64,000 nt of DNA from an uncultured Acidobacteriota bacterium (lineage in GTDB: Bacteria > Acidobacteriota > Vicinamibacteria > Vicinamibacterales > UBA2999): positions 36,690 to 100,689 of the forward strand of contig CAWJEO010000006.1 of the NCBI GenBank assembly GCA_963841895.1, in the 5' to 3' direction. Below are positions 11,946 through 22,227 of this stretch, piece after piece. Position 1 is the stretch's first letter, and each line of letters begins with the position of its first letter. A model generated the notes under the pieces. It saw only the letters and a program-made list of their open reading frames with translations, ran no database searches and was not told the origin of the DNA. The position numbers and the translations under genes were made by a program.

Positions 11946-12844
11946 CGGCAGACTCCTTCGATTCCTTCGATTCCTTCGATCTCTTTCGCTTGTTTCGGCG
12001 CCGAGTCTTCCCAGTCGGTCTCGAACGTCTGCATCAGCTTGCGCGTGACCGTCGGGTTGGTCACGAGCAGACCCACCTCGCGGCGGCTGTCGAGCTCCTC
12101 CTTGCGCAGGCTCTGACTGCCGACGAAGGCGCGCGTGCCGTCCCGGATGATGGCGCGGACGTGCAGCCGGATCGGCCTCAACGGGCGCACCTCGATCGCC
12201 GGATCGGCCTTCTTCATCCCGCCGAGGATGCGAATGCGGACACCCTTGGCGGCGCGCTCGTTCAGCAGCCTTCTGGAACGCCGGATCGTGGACCTTGCTC
12301 GTCGTAGATGGCGAGCTCGCGCCGGGCGCCGCGGACGAACGCCGTCAAGGCCGCCCGCGCGCGTGTCCGGACTCACGACCAGGTTCGATCTTCCCGCTCT
12401 GATAGTTCTGGCGGGCGACGTCCGCCTCGAACAGCTTCAGCGCTTCGGCCACCGCCTTGCGATCCCTCGTGGCCGACCGCGAAGCTGCGGCTCTTGAGGA
12501 TGTCGAGTTTGGTGAAGTTGAAGCCGAAGAGGTGCAGCACCTCGTCGGCAATCATGTACTTCGCGTGATAGCGCAGCAGGTCGTCGGCGGTCCGCGACGA
12601 CGGTGATGCCGGCCGCGAGCAGCCGCTGTTCGAGCTTGCGCAATCGGCTCTCGCCGCCGCGATTGGTGTGGGCGATGAGCGCGCGGACTTTCACGCCGCG
12701 CTGCACCGCCGCGGCGAGCGCCCGCTCGACCTCGTCGATGTCGAAGCGGAAGATGCAGATATCGATGGTCTTGCGCGCCTTGCGGATGGCCGCGACCACC
12801 GGGACGACGCCGGCATCGGGCTGGATGATGAGTCTGCACGGCAC
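11938..12844 (-). CDS. Phospholipase D-like (two HKD-type domains) protein, frameshifted
   Basis: LIIQPDAG, IDICIFRFD, YHAKYMIAD, LHVRAIIRDG..FVGSQSL...RREVG. Confidence 0.8.
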
Positions 12845-12849
12845 GTCCT

Positions 12850-13723
12850 CTATCTTCGCGCTCTTGGCTTCGCGGGATTTCTTTCCACTCGACCGCGCCC
12901 TTGCCGGTGGCGACGAGGGAGGTCAGGGCATTCGACACGCGGTCGGTGTGCAGCTCGAGCGGTGCCGTGACGACGTACGACACTTCTTCTTCCGACTGGC
13001 CGCGCAGCTCGTAGTCGGCCTTGAAGCGGCGGAGGACCGCTTCGACCCGTGGCCGCAGCTGCGCGGTCCGTTCCCCGAGCTTGACCGAGAGTTCGAACAC
13101 GCGATGTTGGGGCTCGAAGCCTTCGATGATCCACAGCGCGAGAGCCAGGAACGCCGTGCCGAAGAGCGCGAGCCCGTACAGCCCGACGCCCGCGGCCAGG
13201 CCGACCGACAGCGTGCACAGCATGACCACCGCGTCCTTCGGATCGTCGATCTTCGAGCGGTAGCGAATCAGGTTGGCGGCGCCGACGATGCCGAAGGCGC
13301 GCGCCAGGCTGGCGCCGACGACGAGCATGATCAGCGCGCCCACGACCGCGAGCACGATCTGGGTCTGCACGACGGCAGGCTGCCGCACCGGCGTGCCGCG
13401 GCGGCGCGGCCGCAGCGCGAGGACCGTGCCCAGCAGCGCCGCAAACGGCAGCCGGACGACGGCGGCAAACACTTCCTCTTGAAGGTTGTCCATGACGCCG
13501 GGTTGATCGACCGGCTCCGGCTGCGCGTCGGTCAGGGTAGCGGCGGCTGCGCCGACATCGTGGTCGGAGGCGGCGACGACGGTTGCGCCTGAGCCGCCGT
13601 GGTCGTGGCGGCCGGCGTCTGCGCGGCAAACGCCGCCGACAGGGCGCCGATCGCGAGCATCAGCAGCAATCCGGCAACCGGCGCGGCCCGCTCGAGCCGC
13701 AGGAAACGATCGGATCGCTTCAT
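12850..13723 (-). CDS. DUF4956/MgtC-like membrane protein with N-terminal signal and C-terminal ACT-like domain
   Basis: VGASLARAFGIVGAANLIRYRSKIDDPKDA..LSVGLAAGVG; start overlaps the upstream kinase stop (TGATG); frameshift near 13530. Confidence 0.75.
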
Positions 13724-14680
13724 CAGCGGGACGCCCGCGCGTCGAGCGCGAGCCCTTCCTGAACCTTCGACTTCAACTTGGCGATGAAGCGGGCGCTCCG
13801 CTCAGGCGGATAGTTCGCGGCACGAAACGCGTCCCGCCACTGCGCGTCGGTCAGGCGGGCAAACTGCCGGCAGGCCCACACCACGTCGGCCGGCGTGATG
13901 TCCTTGAAGAGCTCGGTGTGCCGGGCGTCGTAATCGAATTCGACGACGCCGTTGGTCACTCGCTTGATCAGGTTCTGCTGCTCGAACCCTTCGACGTCGT
14001 TGCGGTTGCCGGTCGGCCAGCCGGTCTTGCCAAGCGCCGCGCCGAGATCCTGGACGACGAAGCGCCGCATCGGGCCGCCGTCGCGCTCCTTCATCACGTA
14101 GATGCGGTTCTGGGTCGCCTTGAGGTCCCAGTTGTTGAGAATCAGGTTGGCGACGAGCAGGCCCTTCATCTGGCGCGTGCCGACGAACGGGTTCTCGTGC
14201 CAGGACCAGTCGCTCTCGGTCTTGTAGCCGAACTCGGCGCGGACCCTGGCCTGTTGTCCCGAATCCTCGCTGCGCCCGCCTTCGAGCTGCAGGTTGGGGA
14301 CGTGATACATCGGCGGCTGATGGAAGCCGATCCCCCACAGAAGACGCGACGCGACGATCTCCGGCTGTACTTCTTCGCCCAGCTTGGCCTTCCACTCACG
14401 GCCGCGCGCGTCCACCACGTCGTAACCGACACTGTTCCCGGCGCCGTCGAACTTGAGCACTTTGAACGGCACCTTGTCGACCGGGCGCGCGGCGCGATTA
14501 CCCGGGCCGGCCAGCAGATCGCGGGCGCGGCCCGGCGCGCTCCACAACTGCACCATCTCCCGCGGCGCGGGCGGCCGCTCCACGGGCTTCATCTGCCGGG
14601 GCGCACGCCGCCGCCGCGATCACGACGAGAACGGGCATCAGCGCGGCGGATCGGGTCAACGAACGAGGGCGGGATGGCAT
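13723..14680 (-). CDS. Atypical kinase-fold lipoprotein K1 (HipA/PI3K-PI4K-like motifs)
   Basis: Lipobox IAAAAC in the 14680 frame; GAGNS, WKAKLGEE..EIVASRLLW, NNWDLKATQN, QDLGAALG. Confidence 0.7.
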
Positions 14681-14716
14681 GAGGGTGTCCTTGCTGACAC
14701 GCGTGAACGAGTGGGC

Positions 14717-15688
14717 TTACTGCGTCGCGGGCGCGGCCGCGCGTGATCGTGCCGGAGTCGATGCGTTTGCCGGAGCGAGTCAGCGTCTGGAAGTTCATCT
14801 GGTCGCCCGCAATCTCGACCAGCATGTAGGTGAGGTCGGTGTCGAAGCCGATGGCGGTCATCGTCGTCTTGGCGATGTTGCCGACGCGCAGCTTCGCCGA
14901 GCCGCCGGCGGTGAAGTAGTGAGACGCCCTTCTGCGGCTGCAGCCGCTCGTAGAAGTGCTCGTGCCCCGCGAAGACGACGGTCATGCCGTGCTTGAGGAA
15001 GAGCGGCTCGAGCTGGGCGCGCAGGTCGATCTCCGAACCGTGCCGCTCGCCGGACGAGTAGAGCGGGTGGTGGAAGAACGCGATCTTCCACGGCGAATCC
15101 GAGGCCGCGAGCTCCTTCTCGAGCCACTGCGAGCTGGTCGGGCGTCATGTAGTTGCTGTCGAGCGCGAAGAACCGCACGCCCGGATTGCCCAGCTTGTCC
15201 TTCTTGAACGAGTAGTAGCGCTCGCCGTTCATGTTGAACGGCTTGTAGAAGCGCTGGTTCGGATCGTCGTGGTTGCCGAGCGACGCGTAGAACGGCACCT
15301 TCGCGTCGAGGATCGCCTTGTAGGGCAGCTCGAACTTCCGCTGGTAGTCCTGCGGCCGCTCCGAGCCGTACATGTTGTCGCCGAGCATGATGACGAACTC
15401 GAACGGGAACACGGCGCGCGCCTTGGCGAGCTGCTCGCCCACTTGGTACTGCGCGCGATCGCCGGTGCCGGTGTCGCCGAGCACGGCGAACCTGACCGAG
15501 CTCTCGACGGTCGGGGCAATCACCGCCCCGCGGCACCGGCCCCGGCCGGCGGCGGCGCCTTCACGGTCGCCGGCGCCGGAGCCACCGGGCGTGCGCTCTG
15601 CGTCGCCGACGCCTGCGGTCCGGTCTGCGACGGCACGGCACAGCGCCGTGACGAACGCCGAGATGATGGCAAACCTGGTCAATCGCAC
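14717..15688 (-). CDS. Exported metallophosphoesterase MP1 (purple acid phosphatase-like), frameshifted
   Basis: GDTG, LGDNMY, LGNHD, FHHPLY, AGHEHFYER; signal peptide. Confidence 0.85.
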
Positions 15689-15712
15689 GCGCGCTCATGA
15701 TCGAATCTCTTT

Positions 15713-16396
15713 CTACGTTGGAATCGGGAACACGTTGGGCATGACGTCGACGATGACGTTGCCGGTGGTGTCGCGAAGAATCAGGTCGCGCCCGACGATG
15801 CGGTACTCGAGCTCGGGCGGAAGTTTGGGCAGCTTCTCCAGCAGGTTCGCGGGGAAGGTCGCGAGCGGCAGGGTCGTCGGATAGATCGTGTTCACGCCGA
15901 TCTTGATGCCCTTCGGCAACTCGACGATCAGCGCCTTGCGATCCGCCACCGGCCGCTTCGTGAAGTCGTCGCTGGATCAGCTGGGCGAGGATCGGCTGAT
16001 ATTCCTTGATGAGGAAGTCGCCCGGCTTGGCGTCGGGCCGCTGCTTGATGAGCGCCTCGCCCAGCGCCTTCTCACGCTCGGACAGCTTCGCCGGATCGGA
16101 TGTCTCCTTCAGCGGCGGCACCATCTTTTCCACGTTGTTGTGAAACGTGACGTACTCCTGCAGGCGATCGAGGAAGGCCTTCGTTGCCGCGCCAGTCTCG
16201 TTGACGGGCGCGCCCTGGGGTTCGTGCGGCGTGGTCTTCGACTGCGGCTCGGGCGGCTGCAGTTGCCGGTGCCGGCAACTGTGCGCTCAATCGCTCCGAA
16301 GGGGGCACGGCCGGCTCGGATGTCCTGAGCCCGACAGCTGACGCTGACCACGAGCAGCACCAGCACGACCGTAAGCCCGGTAGTGAATGACTTCAT
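15713..16396 (-). CDS. Hypothetical lipoprotein with C-terminal RcnB-like LPxLP..YRIVGRDL motif
   Basis: VLVLLVVSVSC lipobox; stitched from ORFs 16109, 15561 and 15713. Confidence 0.6.
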
Positions 16397-16514
16397 TGAA
16401 TGCCTCAGGTGCATGGACTTCAAAGCCCATGCCACAGCCGGGGCGGGTACACCTGAGCCAGGTGGGTCATGCGTTACCACATTTGTGCGGTCCGGTTTCT
16501 GCAACGGCTGCGTC

Positions 16515-17534
16515 GTGCCGTACGCGCTTCGACGACTTGCCCTGCTGGTGGCGACGCTCGCGGCGCTCGGCGGCGCGGCCGCCGGCTGCGGTCGCGATGC
16601 CGGCGCCCGCACCGCGCCCGACCACGGTCGAGACCATTGCGGCGCCCCAGGGTGAAGGGACGCTGACGCTCCCGGCGACGCGCACGTCGGTGAAGTTCGC
16701 GGTGATTGGCGACAGCGGCCGCGGCACCCCGCCGCAGCACGAGGTCGCGGCGCAGATGGTCCGCTATCGCGAAGCGTTTCCGTTCGCGTTCGTGCTGATG
16801 CTCGGCGACAACATCTACGAGGGACCGGCGACGCCCGACGACTATCGCACCAAGTTCGAAGAGCCCTACCAGGCGCTGCTCGACAAGGGCGTCAAGTTCT
16901 ACGCCGTGCTTGGCAACCACGACGATCCGCGTCAGGTGCTCATACGAGCGATTCAACATGGGTGGCGAGCGGTATTACAGCTTCGCGCCGCCCGAAGACG
17001 TCATCGCCCGCCTCGCGACGCGCGTCGAGTTCTTCGCCATCGACTCGACGAACCTCGACAGCACGCAACTCCGCTGGCTGGACGAGCGGCTCGGCGAATC
17101 GAAGGCGCGATTGGAAGATCTGCTTCCTCCACCATCCGCTCTACACGTCGGGCCGCTATCGCAACCAGTCGCGGCTGCACCGGTGGGCGCTCGAGCCGAT
17201 CTTCGCTGCGCCACGGTGTCAAGGTGGTCTTCTCGGGTCACGAACACATCTATCAGCGATCGGTGCTCGAGCAGGGGATTCAGGTACTTCGTCAGCGGCG
17301 GCGCCGGCTCGCTCCGGGCTGGGAGACGGCACCCGCGCGCCATACATCGCGCGCAACTTCGACGCCGACTATCACTTCATGCTGATCGAAATCGACGGCG
17401 ACGACCTGTCCTTTCAGGCGATCTCGCGCGGCGGCGTGACGATCGACGCGGGCCGCTTGACGCTGGACGATGACGACGAGCGCAGCGACCGCGTCACGGG
17501 CGTCACGTCGCCGGGCACGCCGGGCCCTCGGTAA
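16515..17534 (+). CDS. Metallophosphoesterase lipoprotein MP2 (paralog of MP1), frameshifted
   Basis: AAAGC lipobox; GDSG, LGDNIY, LGNHD, HHPLY, SGHEHIY. Confidence 0.85.
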
Positions 17535-18699
17535 TCTGCGCGGCTTTCTTCTTGAAGACGCGCACCCACTCGTTCACCGGGTGCGCGCCGCTGAACAGCC
17601 CGTGCTTCTTGTCGAAGCGCGCGCCGGTGAAGAGGTCGGTCAACTGCCGATCGGTGAGCTGCGCCAGCAGGTCGCCGAGGTGACGCCGGCCGGCCTCGGT
17701 GATGCGCGCCTGGCCGAAGGTCGCGCCGTCGTAGGGCAGGTGACGCAGGCTGACCGTGCACTGCGCGCGATCGTCCCAGATCGCGGCGTGCTCCCATTCC
17801 TCCAGGTCCACCTTGCTCGGCCCAAACGTCGCGCCCGCGTCCTGAATGAGCAGGAACGGGTCCGGGCACGGCTGGCCCTCGGGCCAGTCCTTCGACAGGC
17901 ACACGATCCGCTGGTTCTCCGGCTTGTTGTCCCAGTGGGCGAGGAATGCCGCGACCAGCCGCAGGGCGTCGACGTGCGCCCGCGGCGCGCCGCCGCGTGT
18001 GTCGTCGACCTTCTCGAGCTCGAAGAACGCCCAGCCCTCGACTGTGGCCGACTTGATCGGCCGGGCATCGAGCTTGCGCTCGACCGCGACCCACTCGAAG
18101 TCGCGAGAGTCGTTGTAATCGATGACGTGTTTGTAGAGCGGCTCCGCCCGCGTCACTTCCACCGCGCGCATTGTCGAGAACGGTTCGGCGGGGCAGCCGT
18201 GGCACCGCAGCCGCTCGACGAGCGTGATCGTGTCGGCGCCGAATCCGAGCGCGGAGAGCAGCCGTGTCGCCGCGGCTTCGGCCGGAATCTCCGGACCCTT
18301 TCCGTACTTGATGCGGATGGTTTCGCCGCTCTCGAGCACGCAATCGAACTTCGGCGTCGTGCCGCCAAGCTCGGTGAGCTTGAAGCGGCAGGTGAACGTC
18401 TCGGCGACGTCGCCGCTCAGACGGGCCTGCGGGATCGGGCGACCGGGCTGACGCCACACCTTCGATCGCGCGAGCGTGGCGAGACGCTCCTCGTCCGACA
18501 CGATCCGCGCCTCGGCGGACACCGGGTCGCCCGAAGGCGCGTCGGGTTCGATCCGTGCGGCGGGACGACCCGCGCCAGCCGTCTCCGCGGCCGCGACGTC
18601 GTCGCCCAGCGATCGATCGGCGCTGATCCATAGTCGAAGGCCGACAGTGACTGCGATGACGACCGCCACGGCGACGAGGAGGAGCGCTCGGCGACCCAT
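17503..18699 (-). CDS. Atypical kinase-fold membrane-anchored protein K2
   Basis: N-terminal TM; LGGTTPKF, IRIKYG..EIPAEAAATRLL, AHWDNKPEN, QDAGATFG; several Cys. Confidence 0.72.
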   Translation of the reverse strand: MGRRALLLVAVAVVIAVTVGLRLWISADRSLGDDVAAAETAGAGRPAARIEPDAPSGDPVSAEARIVSDEERLATLARSKVWRQPGRPIPQARLSGDVAETFTCRFKLTELGGTTPKFDCVLESGETIRIKYGKGPEIPAEAAATRLLSALGFGADTITLVERLRCHGCPAEPFSTMRAVEVTRAEPLYKHVIDYNDSRDFEWVAVERKLDARPIKSATVEGWAFFELEKVDDTRGGAPRAHVDALRLVAAFLAHWDNKPENQRIVCLSKDWPEGQPCPDPFLLIQDAGATFGPSKVDLEEWEHAAIWDDRAQCTVSLRHLPYDGATFGQARITEAGRRHLGDLLAQLTDRQLTDLFTGARFDKKHGLFSGAHPVNEWVRVFKKKAAQITEGPACPAT

Positions 18700-18787
18700 A
18701 TTACGGACGAGAAGCAAAGAACGGTCCGGCCGGCCGCGTGCATTCGCGTGATGTGCTGGTGGAATGCCACTTGCTGAAATCGAAGGC

Positions 18788-19800
18788 ATGAAGATTTCAG
18801 CGACCGGCAGCTCTGCAGTCCTCCTCCTCTGCCTCAGCCTTTCGACGCCGATCGTCTCCGCGCAATCGCAGGACAAGAAAGCCGCGCCGATGCCGCCGTC
18901 GGCAACGTCACGCGAACGACGCGAGCCGCAGTGCGCTCGCGCTGCAGGTCGCGCTCGATCGCGCGGGCTTCTCGCCTGGCGAGATCGATGGCGCCGCGGG
19001 GAAGAACACCGAGCGCGCGAAACAGGCGTTCGAGAGCGGCAAGATCGCACCGAGCGACGAAGGCAAGGCCGGACTCGACGCCCTGGCCGATCCGCTGACG
19101 ACCTACACCATCACCGCCGAGGATGCTGCGGGCCCGTTCATCGGCGCGCTGCCCGACGACATGATGGAGAAGTCGAAGCTGCCGGCGCTCGGCTACGCGT
19201 ACGATTCAGGAGTTGCTCGCCGAGCGATTTCACGCGAGCCCGAAGCTGCTCGAGCGGCTGAATCCCGGCGCCGCCTTCGCGGCCGGCGACACGATCACGG
19301 TGCCGAACGTCGAACCGTTCGTCCTTCCGGCGCCGAAGCCCGCGACCTCGAAGCCCGCCGCGGGCGCGGCGGCGAAGCCGGCGCCGAAACCGGCAGTCAC
19401 GGTGACGGTGACCGACAGCACGAAGACGCTGCAGGTCCACAACGCCGCCGGTCAGCTGATCTTTCATGCGCCGGTCACCGTCGGCAGCCAGAACGATCCG
19501 CTGCCGGTGGGCGAGTGGAAGGTCAACGGCGTGAGCGAGCATCCGCCGTTCAACTACAACCCCGATCTCTTCTGGGACGCCGATCCGTCGCACGCGAAAG
19601 CGAAGATCGCGCCCGGTCCGAACAACCCGGTCGGTGTCGTCTGGATCGATCTGAGCAAAGAGCACTACGGCATCCACGGCACGCCCGAGCCATCGCGCAT
19701 CGGCTACACCGAGTCGCATGGCTGTATCCGCCTGACCAACTGGGACGCGATGCGACTGGCCGCGCTCGTCGGTCCGGGCACGAAGGTCGTCCTGCAATGA
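18788..19800 (+). CDS. L,D-transpeptidase (YkuD) with PG-binding domain, frameshifted
   Basis: LQVALDRAGFSPGEIDG; GPNNPVG, YGIHGT, SHGCIRL. Confidence 0.9.
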
Positions 19801-20527
19801 GGCGGCGACGGAGTCGCTGGCTGCGCGACGAGGTGATCGCGCCGTGGGCGGCGATGAGCGTGATCCTCGGGCTGTGGTGGCTTGGCGCCAACGCGGTGGC
19901 GCGCTCGACGGACTGACGCCCATCGCTCCCGGCGTGGTGCGGCCTGATACGCGCGAGCCGTCGAATCGCGACCCGGCCGCCGCGAATCCGATCGACGGGC
20001 TCGTGGAACGCGCCGATGCCGCGCCCGAGGCGACGTTGTTCACGCGTCCCGATGCCATCCTCGCCGGCGGGGAAGTCGCCGAACTGATCGGCAAGCAGCT
20101 GCTGCTGCCGGTCGCGGGCATCGACCGTTCGGCGTTGAAATCGACCTTCGTCGAAGAGCGCGGCGGCGGCAGCCGGCGTCATGAAGCGATCGACATCCTC
20201 GCACCGCGCGGCACCGAGGTCTACGCAACGCTCGACGGCAGGATCGCGAAGCTGTTCACGAGCGCTGCGGGAGGGCTGACGGTCTATCAGTTCGATCCGA
20301 CCGAGGAGTACCGCTTCTATTACGCGCATCTCGATCGCTACGCCTCCGGGCTGGCGGAGGGCGACGTCGTGCGCAAGGGCCAGACGATCGGTTACGTCGG
20401 CACGACCGGCAACGCGCCGGTCGCCACACCCCATCTCCACTTCGCGATCTTCAAGCTCGGAGCGGACAAGCGGTGGTGGGAAGGCGAGCCGCTCGATCCG
20501 TTCCTCGTGTTGCGCGGCAATAGTTGA
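19797..20527 (+). CDS. M23 family metallopeptidase
   Basis: HEAIDI, YYAHL, GYVGTTGNA..PHLHF; ATGA overlap with the LD-transpeptidase. Confidence 0.9.
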
Positions 20528-20650
20528 GGCAGCGCATTCGTGTGCACGGAGTCCGCTGAGCTTGCGAAGTCTTTTCCTAGTGTGTGATCGTGTGGGTGTC
20601 GAAAGTTGACCGACGTGCTATCGCTCGAAGCGAACTCGAACTCATTCCTC

Positions 20651-20950
20651 ATGCTGCGTCCGGAATGGACGCTGACCGGCGCGATGCTTCGGTGCGGCGC
20701 GCGCGGTGACTTCACGCTGGAACAACGGCCGTTTCGATGGATCGAAGGCGTCTGGGAGGCCGACGTGATCGTCAGTCCGACCGACACCGACAAAGTCCCG
20801 CATCAATTGACCCTGCGCATCGCGTCCGACACGGTCCGGCGCTGGAAAGACATCGGGATCAATCCATTTCTCGAGGCGTGCGCGCAGATGAAGGAACATC
20901 TGTGCGGCGAGCGCGGCGGCCATACCCGCTCCTACCTCGTTCTCCTCTGA
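20651..20950 (+). CDS. Hypothetical protein
   Basis: Plausible non-shadow ORF; no recognised motif. Confidence 0.45.
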   Translation: MLRPEWTLTGAMLRCGARGDFTLEQRPFRWIEGVWEADVIVSPTDTDKVPHQLTLRIASDTVRRWKDIGINPFLEACAQMKEHLCGERGGHTRSYLVLL

Positions 20951-20983
20951 CGCGCACGGTCGGGCTATGATCGTCCCTTCGCC

Positions 20984-22227
20984 GTGCCCCCCGACCGACG
21001 ACTGCTTTCGATCCGCTCGCTCGTTCTCGCGCTCATCGTCCTGACGGGCGCCCTGCCGTCCGCGGCGCAGGCGCCCGAGCCGGCCACCCGCGCCGAGGCG
21101 CTGCGCCAGCAGCGGCTGAAGAAGCAGCAGGCGCTGGTTCCGAACACCATCGATCGGTTGCAGCGGGCCCTCAATCGCATCGAAGACCCGCCCATCTTCC
21201 TCGTCGCGCGCGATGGCTTCTACCCGAAGATCGGCAAGCTCACGACCGGCAGCGGCCCGACCCTCGGCGTCGGCTACCGCAACCGCACCGTGCTCGATCG
21301 CTACGGCATCCTCGACGGGTGGATTGCGGGGAGCATCGAAACCTACTGGGGCATCGAGGGCCGCATCACGTTTCCCGAACTCGCGCGGCGGCCGGGTGCT
21401 GGCCGAAGGCGTCGCCACGCTTCGCGAATACCCGCGTGAGGCGTACTTCGGCCTGGGACCTGATTCACAGCGCTCCGACCGATCCGCGTTTCTCCTCAAG
21501 AGCTCGCGCGTGGGCGGCCGTGCCGGCGTGCGCCTCGCGCCCTTCGTGCTGGTCGGCGCCGGGCTCACGACGATCAATCCGCGCGTCGGTGCCGGCAAAG
21601 AGGACGGCGTCCCGACGACCGAGGACCTGTTCACGCCCGAAACCGCCCCCGGGATCGACGCCGACGTCAACTACGTGGTCTCGACCGGCTTCGTCGAATT
21701 CGATTACAGCCGCCCGCTGAACGCCCGCCGTGGCGGCTGCGTATCGCGTGGACTTCAGTCGGTACAACGATCGCCGCGACGGCAACTGGAGCTTCACGCG
21801 GACCGACATCGACCTGCGCCAGTACATCAGCTTCCTCGCCGATCGCCGCGTCCTCGCGCTGCGGGGCTGGTACTCGACGACGACCGCTGACGAAGGGAGC
21901 TCCGGTATCCCGTTCTATCTGATGCCGTCGCTCGGCGGCAGCGACACGCTCCGCGGCTTTCGCAGCCACCGCTTCCGCGGTCCGCACGCGCTCCTGCTCC
22001 AGGCCGAGTATCGGTGGGAGCTCTGGTCGGGACTCGACGCGGCACTCTTTTACGACGCCGGCAAGGTCGGGCTCGAGCGCTCGGACCTCGACTTCACCGA
22101 TCTCGAGTCCGATTACGGCGTCGGCTTCCGCTTCAACACCTCCAACAGCATCATTCTCCGCGTCGACGCTGCCTTCGGCAGCCGCGACGGCAAGCATCTG
22201 TACATCTCCCTCGGAGGCGTCTTCTGA
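20984..22227 (+). CDS. Omp85/BamA-TamA family outer-membrane beta-barrel without POTRA domains, frameshifted
   Basis: Signal peptide; LGGSDTLRGF..RF (VRGF-like motif), FYDAGKV, YGVGFR, C-terminal beta-signal YISLGGVF. Confidence 0.85.
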
